A stretch of 64,000 nucleotides of DNA from Candidatus Poribacteria bacterium (GTDB taxonomy: Bacteria > Poribacteria > WGA-4E > WGA-3G), in NCBI GenBank assembly GCA_965198235.1, contig OZ240248.1, positions 3,712,001-3,776,000 on the forward strand. Direction: 5' to 3'. The notes under the pieces are model-generated. The model did no database searches. It had not been told where the DNA came from and worked only from the letters and a program-made list of their open reading frames with translations. Both the position numbers and the translations under genes were made by a program. Below are positions 9,617-19,311 of the stretch, in pieces (the stretch's first letter is position 1; each line of letters begins with the position of its first letter).

Positions 9617-10369
9617 CTATTTGTCGATGCCTTCCGTGGATTCATTTTCCATATTTTTTTCACTTTCCTCTGCTTTTTGGCGTCCGACCCGTGCTTCCGT
9701 TAAAACTGAGGCTAACAATCCAGACGGGATCGCTATCAACCCTACCCCGACAAGGGTGACAAGGGCAGTGAAAATTTTCCCACCTGGCGTTGTTGGGTAA
9801 ACGTCCCCGTAACCGACTGTTGTGAGTGTCACAACAGACCACCACATGGAACCAAGAATGGTTCCGAATGCTTCGGGTTGCACTTCTCTTTCAAAATAGT
9901 GGATACCACATGCAGCGAGATAGACTAACATCAATGAGAGGATGACCAGTGCCAAGAGTTCCCGTCGGATTTCACTCAATGCCTCGGTGAGCCGATCTAC
10001 TGCTAAAATAAATCGGGTCGCTTTGAAAATTCTGAAAATTTTCAGGAACCGTAGTATTCTAAGTACACGGAACCCGGGCAAAAGAAACAGAGACGGTAAA
10101 ATAGCGAGCAAATCTATTATGCCATAAAAACTGAAAATGAAATCCCGTTTTCTGGGTTCAATATAAACACGCAGGATATATTCGATCGAAAATAGGACAA
10201 AAAACACCCAATCCAGAACAACGAAGTGAAACGCAGGAGGCGCGAGTGGATCTGTCGTACTGTCAGATTCAAGCACAAAGACGACGGCGGATGCAAGAAT
10301 CAGAAACTGGATTATTCCGCTGACGATGTTTCCTTCGATGATTGTTCGTAATCTGTCTTTATTTGTCAT
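9617..10369 (-). CDS. Voltage-gated potassium channel (ion transporter family)
   Basis: S4-like RVLRILRFLKIFRIFK; selectivity filter TTVGYGD. Confidence 0.93.
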   Translation of the reverse strand: MTNKDRLRTIIEGNIVSGIIQFLILASAVVFVLESDSTTDPLAPPAFHFVVLDWVFFVLFSIEYILRVYIEPRKRDFIFSFYGIIDLLAILPSLFLLPGFRVLRILRFLKIFRIFKATRFILAVDRLTEALSEIRRELLALVILSLMLVYLAACGIHYFEREVQPEAFGTILGSMWWSVVTLTTVGYGDVYPTTPGGKIFTALVTLVGVGLIAIPSGLLASVLTEARVGRQKAEESEKNMENESTEGIDK

Positions 10370-10399
10370 GAATGTTCTTTCCTCACGAGTTAGTCTTAC

Positions 10400-11284
10400 T
10401 TACCACTTTTTCCGAGTTCGGAGATATACCCTTAGCACAATCGCTGCTGCATTGACGAGTAAGACACTGCCTACAAGGACAACTGCGGTCCCGTACGGGA
10501 TGCCCTCCGTAACGTCGGGAACCTGTGTTGAAATCGTAAAGAGGTGTAGCGATAGTGCCATACACTGTTCTGTTATATTATAGGCAAAAAGGTTTCCTTC
10601 TGCAATAGCTTTATAAAAAACCGCACCCGTAAACATGATAGGTGCCGTTTCACCTGCCGCTCGCGATACCTGTAATATAACGCCCGTCAAAATACCGCTG
10701 ATGGAGTTTGGGATAACAATACGACGGATCGTTTGCCAGCGCGTCGCACCAAGATTCCAACATGCCTCCCGGAAGGACATAGGTACGGCTTTAAGAGCTT
10801 CCGTTGTGCTGGCGATAATAACCGGGAGCGTCATGATTGCTAATGTGAGCGAAGCCGCTAAGATCGATTCACCTAAACCTGCGAAAAGCACAAACGCACC
10901 AACACCGAACAAGGCGTGGACGATGCTCGGCACACCCGCAAGGTTCACAACCGCTAAATTCGTGATACGCGTGAACCAATTCTCACGAGCGTACTCGTTG
11001 AGATACACTGCGGCGAATACGCCAATGGGTGCCGACACTAATAGGGAAACCACCACCAAATAAATTGTGCCTAAGAAGGGAGCCCATAGACCCCCTGCTC
11101 GCATGTTGTCTTTCGGGTTCGTGAATAGGAACTCCAAAGAGAGAACCGGTAGGGCTTTATAAAGAAGATAACCGATGATGAGAAGCAGTGGAATAATCAT
11201 CAGACTTGTCATCACAAGGAAGAAGATTCGCATCACATTCTCTATCCACCGCTTTTGTTTACTGATTTCTGTTTCTGTAAACAT
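10400..11284 (-). CDS. pstA: Phosphate ABC permease PstA
   Basis: NLAGVPSIV, EAA loop, RAAGETAP. Confidence 0.95.
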   Translation of the reverse strand: MFTETEISKQKRWIENVMRIFFLVMTSLMIIPLLLIIGYLLYKALPVLSLEFLFTNPKDNMRAGGLWAPFLGTIYLVVVSLLVSAPIGVFAAVYLNEYARENWFTRITNLAVVNLAGVPSIVHALFGVGAFVLFAGLGESILAASLTLAIMTLPVIIASTTEALKAVPMSFREACWNLGATRWQTIRRIVIPNSISGILTGVILQVSRAAGETAPIMFTGAVFYKAIAEGNLFAYNITEQCMALSLHLFTISTQVPDVTEGIPYGTAVVLVGSVLLVNAAAIVLRVYLRTRKKW

Positions 11285-11355
11285 TTTTTAATTTTTCCTT
11301 GCGGTTCGTTTCAGGCTGCGCACTTTGGATGTCCTCAAAGAGTGGCTATCCGGTG

Positions 11356-12264
11356 TTATGACTCTTGGCGGATACCTTTAATCACTAAGTCGGCGATGAG
11401 GTTCACCACAAATGTAATGGTGAAAAGCAGAATGCCGATGATAAAGAGCACTTGATAGTGTTCATCTCCTCTTGCAACTTCGCCCAATTCGGCGGCGATT
11501 GTTGCTGTGAGCGTGCGAATCCAAGAAAGTGGACCTGATGGGATGTTAACGGAGTGTCCGGTTGCCATAAGGACAGCCATCGTTTCACCGATAGAGCGTG
11601 CGGCACCGAGTAGCACTGCTGCCAGTAACCCATTTTTGGCAGCTGGTAAAAGCACACGGTAAACCACCTGCCACCGGGTCGCACCGAGTGCTTCCGCCGC
11701 TTCACGATAGGAATCCGGTACGGCTTTTAGCGCGTCCTCCGCGATAGAGACGATAATCGGCACACTCATTAGTGCCAGCATGATGCTACCGTTCAGCATC
11801 GTTAAACCAATCGGGGCTTTGAACACTGTGATAATCAATTGATTCATCAGTGTCAATCCGATGAACCCCCACACAACGGAAGGGATGGCGGCGAGCAGTT
11901 CAATGATGATCTTAAATGCTTCTCTCAGTTTCGGACTACAGAACTCCGATACAAAGATCGCCGCACCGAGCCCAAACGGAACAGCGATACACATCGCTAA
12001 GGTAGTGACGCTGAAAGTGCCGACGATCAGAGCAAGTGCGCCATATCTTTTATTCTTCAATGAGGTCGGTTGCCACTCTACACTTGTCAGAAATTGCCCC
12101 AAATCTAAACCGTTGAAAAGGAAACCTGCTCCCTCCCGAAATACAAAGAAGAAGATACCGAATACAAAGATAATGGAACTAATACCGCACAGGCGGATAA
12201 ACAGTTCAATCGCGGTTTCGGAAAATGGCAGATTCGCCGCGCTTTTTTTGCGTAGGATGTTCAT
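11356..12264 (-). CDS. pstC: Phosphate ABC permease PstC
   Basis: ELLAAIPSVVWG, REAAEALGAT, RSIGETMAV. Confidence 0.96.
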   Translation of the reverse strand: MNILRKKSAANLPFSETAIELFIRLCGISSIIFVFGIFFFVFREGAGFLFNGLDLGQFLTSVEWQPTSLKNKRYGALALIVGTFSVTTLAMCIAVPFGLGAAIFVSEFCSPKLREAFKIIIELLAAIPSVVWGFIGLTLMNQLIITVFKAPIGLTMLNGSIMLALMSVPIIVSIAEDALKAVPDSYREAAEALGATRWQVVYRVLLPAAKNGLLAAVLLGAARSIGETMAVLMATGHSVNIPSGPLSWIRTLTATIAAELGEVARGDEHYQVLFIIGILLFTITFVVNLIADLVIKGIRQES

Positions 12265-12272
12265 ATTTATTC

Positions 12273-13196
12273 TTACTGACTTTCTAACGGTACGAAGCCG
12301 AGTTTCTCAACGATCTTTTGCCCCTCTGCTGACAAGATCCAATCGAGGTATAGTTTCACTTCTCCTGTAGGTTCACCGAGGGAATACATATACAATGGAC
12401 GCGCGATAGGGTAGGTTTTGGCAAGGACATTCTCAAGATTCGGGGGGTAGTAAGGTGCATCGGGGTTGGCGGCAACCTTTAACATTTTCACATGTGAGGT
12501 GGCATATCCCATTCCGCTGTAGCCGATAGCACACGGGGTCCTTCCGACAACTTCCACAACATCTTTAGATCCATGTAGGTCCAGCGAACCGATGCGGAAA
12601 TCACGGCTTGTGCCGAGAAGTGCCTCTCGAAAGTAGAAATAAGTGCCGGAGTTAGATTGACGACTGATGCGGATAATTTTGTCGCTTGGACAATCGCTAT
12701 GTGATATACCAAGATCGCTCCACTTGGCTATTGTGCCGTTCTCACCATAAATTTCCGCCAGTTGGGTGATCGTAATTTCATCGAGGGGCGTATCCTGGTG
12801 GACATAGACTGCGAGGGCATCGTAGCCGACGATAAATTCCTGAGGAACTTTACCGTTATTTTGCGTCGCAAATTCCAGTTCTTTCGGTTTAATCTGGCGA
12901 CTGCAGTTCGCAATATCTACGGTGCCATTGATGAGTGCCGCGACACCTGTCCCGGAACCGCCACCTGACACCTCCACCGATGCTGTGGTGCTTACATCCG
13001 TATACTTTTCCGCCCATGCCTGTGCCAGATTCACCATCGTGTCTGAACCTTTATTTTTGATGGTGAGTTGTGTTTCCCCTGTCTTTGCAACGCTTGTTTT
13101 GTCCTTAGGCAAACAGCCGGACATAACGAAGCTGCATGCGAAAATGACAAGGGAGCATATAGTGATGTAGCCGATCCGACCGTTTATTTGCATCAA
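12273..13196 (-). CDS. pstS: Phosphate-binding lipoprotein PstS
   Basis: Lipobox MSGC, GSDTM, GGGSGTG, SGT, YPIARPLY. Confidence 0.95.
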   Translation of the reverse strand: MMQINGRIGYITICSLVIFACSFVMSGCLPKDKTSVAKTGETQLTIKNKGSDTMVNLAQAWAEKYTDVSTTASVEVSGGGSGTGVAALINGTVDIANCSRQIKPKELEFATQNNGKVPQEFIVGYDALAVYVHQDTPLDEITITQLAEIYGENGTIAKWSDLGISHSDCPSDKIIRISRQSNSGTYFYFREALLGTSRDFRIGSLDLHGSKDVVEVVGRTPCAIGYSGMGYATSHVKMLKVAANPDAPYYPPNLENVLAKTYPIARPLYMYSLGEPTGEVKLYLDWILSAEGQKIVEKLGFVPLESQ

Positions 13197-13225
13197 TCTA
13201 CCTCTATCACAAGATTCTAACCTAA

Positions 13226-13259
13226 ATTATAACACCCAATTGTTACGAAAATAAGACAA
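13226..13259 (-). promoter_or_regulatory. Pho box plus extended -10 promoter of pst operon
   Basis: Minus strand TTGTCTT-ATTT-TCGTAAC (11-bp period), 10 nt, then (TGT)TATAAT; same geometry as PhoB-dependent promoters. Confidence 0.7.
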
Positions 13260-13573
13260 AATTCGGAATTTTTATCAATTGACCAGGATTTACGCAAAAT
13301 TGAGACGCACCCCTGAGCCGCTGTCGAGGTTTGCAACCTCGCCTACTGACAACTGACAACTAAAGGTGTATAGGTAATTCTAAAATCTATCATAAATTGA
13401 TTGATTTTAGAACCCTACTGTGATAAAATAAAAAAATAGATTTGTGAAGAAATATGCCTACTCAACAGGTTACAGCGCAATAACCTTTGCACAGTGGTAG
13501 CACAAATAATATCAATACGAAATACGAGTGACTCGCGCTAACTAACACTATATTACAGAGTAAGGGAGATATT

Positions 13574-15085
13574 GTGCAGTCCAAATTCCAACAACTCAAA
13601 ATCCGTCTGCTTGAGGCGAATGATATATCGTCCGCCGCCGGGCTCCTCTACTGGGATCAATCCACGTACATGCCGCCCGGTGGTGCCCCTGCTCGGGCAC
13701 GTCAAAGTGCTACACTAAGCCGATTAGCACACGAAAAGTTTACTGATCCGGAAATAGGGAGGTTGCTTGACGACCTCCACCCTTATGAAAAGAGTCTCGC
13801 TTACGATTCCGACGAAGCAAGTCTCCTCCGTGTCTCACGTAGGAGCTACGAACGTGCTACGAAAATACCCGCTGAATTCATGGCGGAGGTGACGAACCAC
13901 ACATCGGAATCTTATCAGGTATGGACTGAGGCACGCCCAGCGAATGACTTTGAACGGGTCCGTCCCTATCTCGAAAAAACGCTGGACTACAGTCGGCAGG
14001 CTGCTAACTTCTTTCCGGGGTATGAACACATTGCGGATCCACTCATTGAATCCAGCGATTACGGCATGAAGGCTACCGATGTGAGTCGCGTCTTTGCGGA
14101 ATTACGCCAAGAGCTCGTGCCGATTGCTTCTGCGATTACCTCGCAAGCACTCGCCGATGATTCGTGTTTGTACCAACACTTTCCAGAGGAGAAACAACTC
14201 GCGTTTGGCTTAGAAGTTGCCCAGAAATTTGGTTACGATATGAATCGCGGGCGTCAAGACAAAACACATCACCCATTTATGACAAAGTTCTCACTCGGTG
14301 ACGTGCGAATCACAACCCGTACAAAGGAGAATTTCTTGGGCGACGCGCTCTTCAGCACCTTACACGAAACAGGGCATGCGCTGTATGAACAGGGGATTCG
14401 CATGGATTTGGAAGGTACACCGCTTGCTCGTGGCACTTCATCGGGTGTTCATGAAAGTCAGTCGAGGCTTTGGGAAAATATTGTGGGACGTAGCCGCGGG
14501 TTTTGGCAACACTTCTATCCGCAACTTCAAAATGTTTTTCCTGAGCAACTGGATTCCGTCCGCTTACGGACGTTTCACCGAGCAATTAATAAAGTGGAAC
14601 GTTCCCTCATTCGCACAAATGCGGACGAAGTTACGTACAACCTGCACGTCATGTTGCGTTTTGATTTCGAGTTGGCACTCTTAGAAGGCAACTTGGAGAT
14701 TCGAGATTTACCGAATGCGTGGCGTGAACGGTTTGAAGCCGATTTCGGTATCGTTCCGCCTGATGACAAGGACGGTGTTTTGCAAGATGTTCATTGGTAT
14801 TATGGGTTGATTGGCGGTTCATTTCAGGGCTACACATTGGGCAATATCTTGGGGGCTCAATTCTTTTCGGCTGCCTGTGAAGCGCACTCTGATATTCCAT
14901 CTGAAATCGAAAATGGCGAATTCGCTACACTCCACGATTGGTTGAAGGAGAATCTTTACCAACACGGATCGAAATATACGGCACCGGAAATTATCCAGCG
15001 CGTAACCGGAAGTCCTTTATCTATTGAACCTTATATAGCCTACCTCCGGACGAAATATGGTGAATTATACGACTTAGGGAATTAG
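13574..15085 (+). CDS. Carboxypeptidase M32 (Taq-type)
   Basis: HPF, RITTR, HETGH, HESQS, QDVHW motifs. Confidence 0.96.
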   Translation: MQSKFQQLKIRLLEANDISSAAGLLYWDQSTYMPPGGAPARARQSATLSRLAHEKFTDPEIGRLLDDLHPYEKSLAYDSDEASLLRVSRRSYERATKIPAEFMAEVTNHTSESYQVWTEARPANDFERVRPYLEKTLDYSRQAANFFPGYEHIADPLIESSDYGMKATDVSRVFAELRQELVPIASAITSQALADDSCLYQHFPEEKQLAFGLEVAQKFGYDMNRGRQDKTHHPFMTKFSLGDVRITTRTKENFLGDALFSTLHETGHALYEQGIRMDLEGTPLARGTSSGVHESQSRLWENIVGRSRGFWQHFYPQLQNVFPEQLDSVRLRTFHRAINKVERSLIRTNADEVTYNLHVMLRFDFELALLEGNLEIRDLPNAWRERFEADFGIVPPDDKDGVLQDVHWYYGLIGGSFQGYTLGNILGAQFFSAACEAHSDIPSEIENGEFATLHDWLKENLYQHGSKYTAPEIIQRVTGSPLSIEPYIAYLRTKYGELYDLGN

Positions 15086-15115
15086 GAATTCATAGGGAAA
15101 AAACCTGAGCCTGTA

Positions 15116-15340
15116 ATGAAATTATGCCTTAAATGGCATAATTTGTCTTTGCTTTACATTTGGAAGGGTTTTTGCTTGGGGTTTTTGCAATGTAATACAA
15201 GGAATGGATTTGATCTATTCCCAGACCAAATCCGGTATTTCTGCGGATTTCTTCAACTCTTAAGGAATGCACGTCAAAGTCCTGGGGAAACACCCAAGCA
15301 AAAACACCCACGTCATTTTACCGCAAGGAAAATTAAAAAA
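15116..15340. repeat. Composite intergenic repeat element
   Basis: Block CCTTAAATGGCATAATTTGTCTTTGCTTTACATTTGGA also near 27480, and in reverse near 6010-6060 and 54250; internal inverted arms; ends in CCGCAAGGAAAATTAAAA. Confidence 0.75.
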
Positions 15341-15853
15341 ATGCGAATGCTCCTCATTTTACTCCTCTGCGGGTTTTTGCAAGCTTGTGGCGGACTCAAA
15401 CTGGTTGATATATCCAAGAGTTCAGCGGCATTGCAACTCACAACCGCACAGCAGCAGGCGATTCATCCAAAACTGAAACTCATCCGTGACATCGTTGAAG
15501 ATTACGATTTTGAGAAGAAACAGTTGGAGGTGGATTATCAGATATTTCGGGCCGGCATAACACAACGTCAATATGACCGATATGAAGGTGGGTTCAGGGA
15601 TACGCGTTCTCGGCGGGAGTTAAATGAATTCAGGGACGAGGCGCGAAAATTTCTGAGGCAGCGTGCGATCTATCTCGACGAGGTTAACGATCTTATTGAG
15701 GAAGTCGCGGCGGAACTTACGTCTGAGCAACGTCTTAAATTCGCTGAACTGAGACTCCCCAAGTTAGAAGTGCCGATAATGCTCCAGCGCGACCCGTACA
15801 ACGACCTCCGCTATATTCCAAATCATCCACTTGGTGGAATGAACGTATTTTAA
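15341..15853 (+). CDS. Hypothetical helical lipoprotein
   Basis: Start MRMLLILLLCGFLQAC (lipobox); LTxxQ motifs reminiscent of Spy/CpxP. Confidence 0.7.
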   Translation: MRMLLILLLCGFLQACGGLKLVDISKSSAALQLTTAQQQAIHPKLKLIRDIVEDYDFEKKQLEVDYQIFRAGITQRQYDRYEGGFRDTRSRRELNEFRDEARKFLRQRAIYLDEVNDLIEEVAAELTSEQRLKFAELRLPKLEVPIMLQRDPYNDLRYIPNHPLGGMNVF

Positions 15854-15859
15854 GCGTTT

Positions 15860-17152
15860 GTGATGGATTACTACGTTAGTTTGCTCGGTGACGATTCAAA
15901 CGTCGGTACGTCCACAACGTACCCGTGGCAAAGTATTGAACGGGTAAATGCTGCCCGGTTGTTGCCGGGTGATTCTGTCCTGTTTCGAGCCAACCAGACT
16001 TTCCTTGGAAATCTCTGTTTTGCTGATAACGGGACGCGTCGAGTGGCTAAACCGATAACTGTCGGCTCTTACGGATCGGGTAGAGCAACTATTGACGCAG
16101 CGGATGGTGCCGGTTGCGTAGTGAAGAATATGGGGGGTGTCCATCTAAGAGAACTCAACTTTGTCGGTGCTGGTGCATCTGAGAATGCTGATTCTGGCAT
16201 CGTGTTCATTAATACGCTGCCCGGTGGGATTAAGTTGGGAGATATTCAGATTCATCGCGTTGATGTCAGCGATTTCAAGCATTCTGGGATCTGTTTCCTG
16301 GCAGAACCACCAGATCGGAGTTGGAGTGGTTTCTGTGATGTCAGAATTACGTCCGTCACGAGCCATGACAACGGTGACGCAGGTATCAGTTGTATCGGTG
16401 TTTGGAATCCGGAGCGAGATGGTTATGCGCATGCCGACTTTTATGTGGGTAACTGCAGTGTTTATAGGAACGCAGGCATCCCCGGCAAGGGGAGTCACTC
16501 AGGGAACGGCATTGTCCTCGCACAAGTAGATGGAGCGTTAATTGAGCGGTGTCGTGCTTACGAAAATGGCAGCTTAAACGATTATGAAGGCGGGGGTCCT
16601 GTTGGAATCTGGGTATGGGACGCGAACCGTGTTGTCATTCAGTTCAACGAATCTCATCACAACCGTACTGGCAGCAGTAAAGATGGGGGTGGGTTCGATC
16701 TGGACGGTGGCGTGAGAAATTCAACTGTTCAGCACAACTATTCCCACGATAACGATGGACCCGGGTATCTGCTGGCACAGTTCAGCGGTGCGCGTGCGTT
16801 TTACGGGAACGTCCTTCGCCATAATGTGAGTGTAAACGATGGTAGAAAGAATCGTTACGGAGGCATTCACCTCTGGTCTACTGGTGCAAACGGTGGTATC
16901 ACGGACACAGTTTTTTACGCCAACACAATCTTCACAACGCAATCCACTGATGGAAACCCTGCCACAGTTGACTGTCCGAGCGAAGGCATTCGCAACATCC
17001 GTTTCTATAACAACCGCTTTCAAACCGATGGGAAGGCGGTGTTAGTACGTGGCAAAACCAATCCAGACATAGTGTTTGAAGCCAACACTTTTTCTGTAGC
17101 ACAAACTGTTAATTTGTCGGATATGGCAAAGGTGCACGGTAGGTTTTTGTAG
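15860..17152 (+). CDS. Right-handed parallel beta-helix protein (pectin lyase-like fold)
   Basis: YYVS..GDDSN.GTS...PWQSI, DGGGFDLDGG, repeated N-S-H-D-N turns. Confidence 0.85.
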   Translation: MMDYYVSLLGDDSNVGTSTTYPWQSIERVNAARLLPGDSVLFRANQTFLGNLCFADNGTRRVAKPITVGSYGSGRATIDAADGAGCVVKNMGGVHLRELNFVGAGASENADSGIVFINTLPGGIKLGDIQIHRVDVSDFKHSGICFLAEPPDRSWSGFCDVRITSVTSHDNGDAGISCIGVWNPERDGYAHADFYVGNCSVYRNAGIPGKGSHSGNGIVLAQVDGALIERCRAYENGSLNDYEGGGPVGIWVWDANRVVIQFNESHHNRTGSSKDGGGFDLDGGVRNSTVQHNYSHDNDGPGYLLAQFSGARAFYGNVLRHNVSVNDGRKNRYGGIHLWSTGANGGITDTVFYANTIFTTQSTDGNPATVDCPSEGIRNIRFYNNRFQTDGKAVLVRGKTNPDIVFEANTFSVAQTVNLSDMAKVHGRFL

Positions 17153-17429
17153 CATAAACTGTTAGTTTGTGCCCTACGACGGTCGGTGGTTTATTGTCTG
17201 AATCGCGGATTACGCGGATTTTGGGGATTTTTGTTTACCGTCCTTTGGATTCCACAGCCCTCGCCCGGTGCCCGTTGGGTTTCACGCTGGCGTTGTGCGT
17301 GAAGGGGTATCTTGCAAAGCAGAGTTCTTTTGTGCGTGATGCGGTTTTGCTGAGGTCCGTTCAACCCAACCTACAATAGGCTTTCACTGCCAGTTTGTGG
17401 CATACTACAGATGAGCGAATAGTCCTATT

Positions 17430-18392
17430 TCACCGGAGTCGCTGAAAAAAGTGATCCAGAAACGCCTCGGCAGCCACTTTGACGCAGACGTGTGCGTTCG
17501 GATTGGAATGTTGGCGTTCGGGTCGCAGATCGGCGACTGTCATGCCGTTTGTTATAGTGCCTTCGGTTTCAACCTGCACGTGAGCGGGAACGCTTTCAAA
17601 ATGCTCTGGGTGTGTAAGCATACCGATCGGGAGTGCGTCGTGGATATGAAATCCCCAGAATCCAACGTGTTGCCGGTAAAATTCCATGCAGGCTTGTGTG
17701 GCATCCTTAAGGAACTGGGAAATTCTGTCGGGTCGTTTGTCGGTTTCAGCGTGCAATCGTTCGCCGGTTAAAACGACTTGATGTGTCGCGTCGAGTGGTG
17801 CGATGTCGATAGGGATATGGGCGTGGAAGACTTCTTGAGCCGCGTGTGGGTCGACGAAAATATTGAATTCTGCAGTTGTTGTAACGTTCCCGTAGTCCTC
17901 AAACGCGCCACCCATCACAAGAATCTTCTGCAGTTGTTGCATCTTCGCTGCATCTTTGCGTATTGCCTTGGCGATGTTTGTCAGCGGACCGAGGGCTATG
18001 AGCGTGAGTTCATCTGGATAGCGTGTTACCATCTCAAGAATGAGATCGACCCCTGAGATAGATAAGGTGCTTGTGTTTGCGGGCGGATATAGCGGACTAC
18101 CATCGGCATTTCGCAGTTGACTAACATTTCCTAAGCCGTCATCACCGTGGACATGGGCGGCTGTCACGAGGGGTTTGACAAGCGGTTGCGCTTCTCCTTG
18201 GGCGATGAGTGGGAATTCATCCGGTTCAAGAACTCCAAGAATTGTTAACAGATTTTTTGTTCCCTGTGTGACAGGGACGTTTCCACAGACGGTTGTTATT
18301 GCCTCTATGTGTAATTCGGGTGAAAGCATTGCGAGAAGAATCGCGAGGGCATCGTCTACACCCGGATCCGTGTCTATAAGGATTCGTTGCAT
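17430..18392 (-). CDS. Nucleoside hydrolase (inosine-uridine preferring family)
   Basis: DTDPGVDD, HVHGDDGLG, GPLTN, AEFNIFVDP, HD motifs. Confidence 0.95.
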   Translation of the reverse strand: MQRILIDTDPGVDDALAILLAMLSPELHIEAITTVCGNVPVTQGTKNLLTILGVLEPDEFPLIAQGEAQPLVKPLVTAAHVHGDDGLGNVSQLRNADGSPLYPPANTSTLSISGVDLILEMVTRYPDELTLIALGPLTNIAKAIRKDAAKMQQLQKILVMGGAFEDYGNVTTTAEFNIFVDPHAAQEVFHAHIPIDIAPLDATHQVVLTGERLHAETDKRPDRISQFLKDATQACMEFYRQHVGFWGFHIHDALPIGMLTHPEHFESVPAHVQVETEGTITNGMTVADLRPERQHSNPNAHVCVKVAAEAFLDHFFQRLR

Positions 18393-18479
18393 GTTAGTCT
18401 TCCTATTTTGGTATATTTCCAGAAGGTGAGTTTTGCCATTTTCTTTAGTGATTTTACTACCATAGAGCGATTTTGTCCA

Positions 18480-19289
18480 TTGTATTTTCCGTCGAATAAT
18501 TCCAGTCAGAATAAGAACAACCGGCTTGTCGGTGTTTGTTTCATATTATGTCTTGCGTTCTGTCCTCCACTTGTAGCACAGGTGAATATCTTTACGGATG
18601 AAACCGTGCGGCAGATGCGCTTGGAATCGGGTTTGTATAACAGTATCACACTGGATTTAACCTATCGTTCTGGCAATACAGATCTCCTTACGACTCGGAC
18701 TCGGTTTCGCTCAGATTATCTCACGAAGGCATATCACGGCTTCGTTTTCGGGAGTCTTCAGCAGGGTAGAAAGAGTGGCGAGTTTTTTACCAACAAAGGC
18801 ATGGCACATGCGCGAATTATCCGAAGTTTGACGCAGCATATCCTTTTTGAATCCTTTGTTCAGAAGCAATTCAACGAATCTATTCTGTTGGGCGACCGAA
18901 ATTTGGTAGGGGGTGGCGTTCGGTTCGCCTCACATCCGCGCAATGCTAAGTTTAATCTCTATCTCGGTATCGGTGCGATGTGGGAACACGAACGCATTAA
19001 TGACAAGGAGAGTGGCGCAATCACAACCCGTGTCGTTCGATCAACAAATTATATCAATTGGACTGGGCAACTGGATGAACGCGTCACGACGAGTGCTACA
19101 GGATACTATCAGGTCTATGTCCGGCGTTTTCAAGATTATCGAATCCTTTTTGAAGGGAGCATGACATTCCGCCTGACGACAAAATTGTCCTTTCCGCTGC
19201 GAGTGAATTTCCGATATGATAGTGAACCACCTACCGGTATCCGAAAACATGATGTGGAAATTTTTAACGGATTACGGTATACTTTCTAA
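18480..19289 (+). CDS. DUF481 (YdiY-like) outer-membrane beta-barrel protein
   Basis: Signal peptide, SGNT motif, amphipathic strands, C-terminal YTF; start uncertain (ORF open from 18387; TTG 18480 chosen). Confidence 0.8.
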   Translation: MYFPSNNSSQNKNNRLVGVCFILCLAFCPPLVAQVNIFTDETVRQMRLESGLYNSITLDLTYRSGNTDLLTTRTRFRSDYLTKAYHGFVFGSLQQGRKSGEFFTNKGMAHARIIRSLTQHILFESFVQKQFNESILLGDRNLVGGGVRFASHPRNAKFNLYLGIGAMWEHERINDKESGAITTRVVRSTNYINWTGQLDERVTTSATGYYQVYVRRFQDYRILFEGSMTFRLTTKLSFPLRVNFRYDSEPPTGIRKHDVEIFNGLRYTF

Positions 19290-19311
19290 AAAATCGAATA
19301 GGAGTGATCGA

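Noticed and set aside
15116-15340. N-terminal 75 aa of the 245-aa ORF
   Set aside because: Made of repeat DNA; RBS and lipoprotein signal begin at 15341
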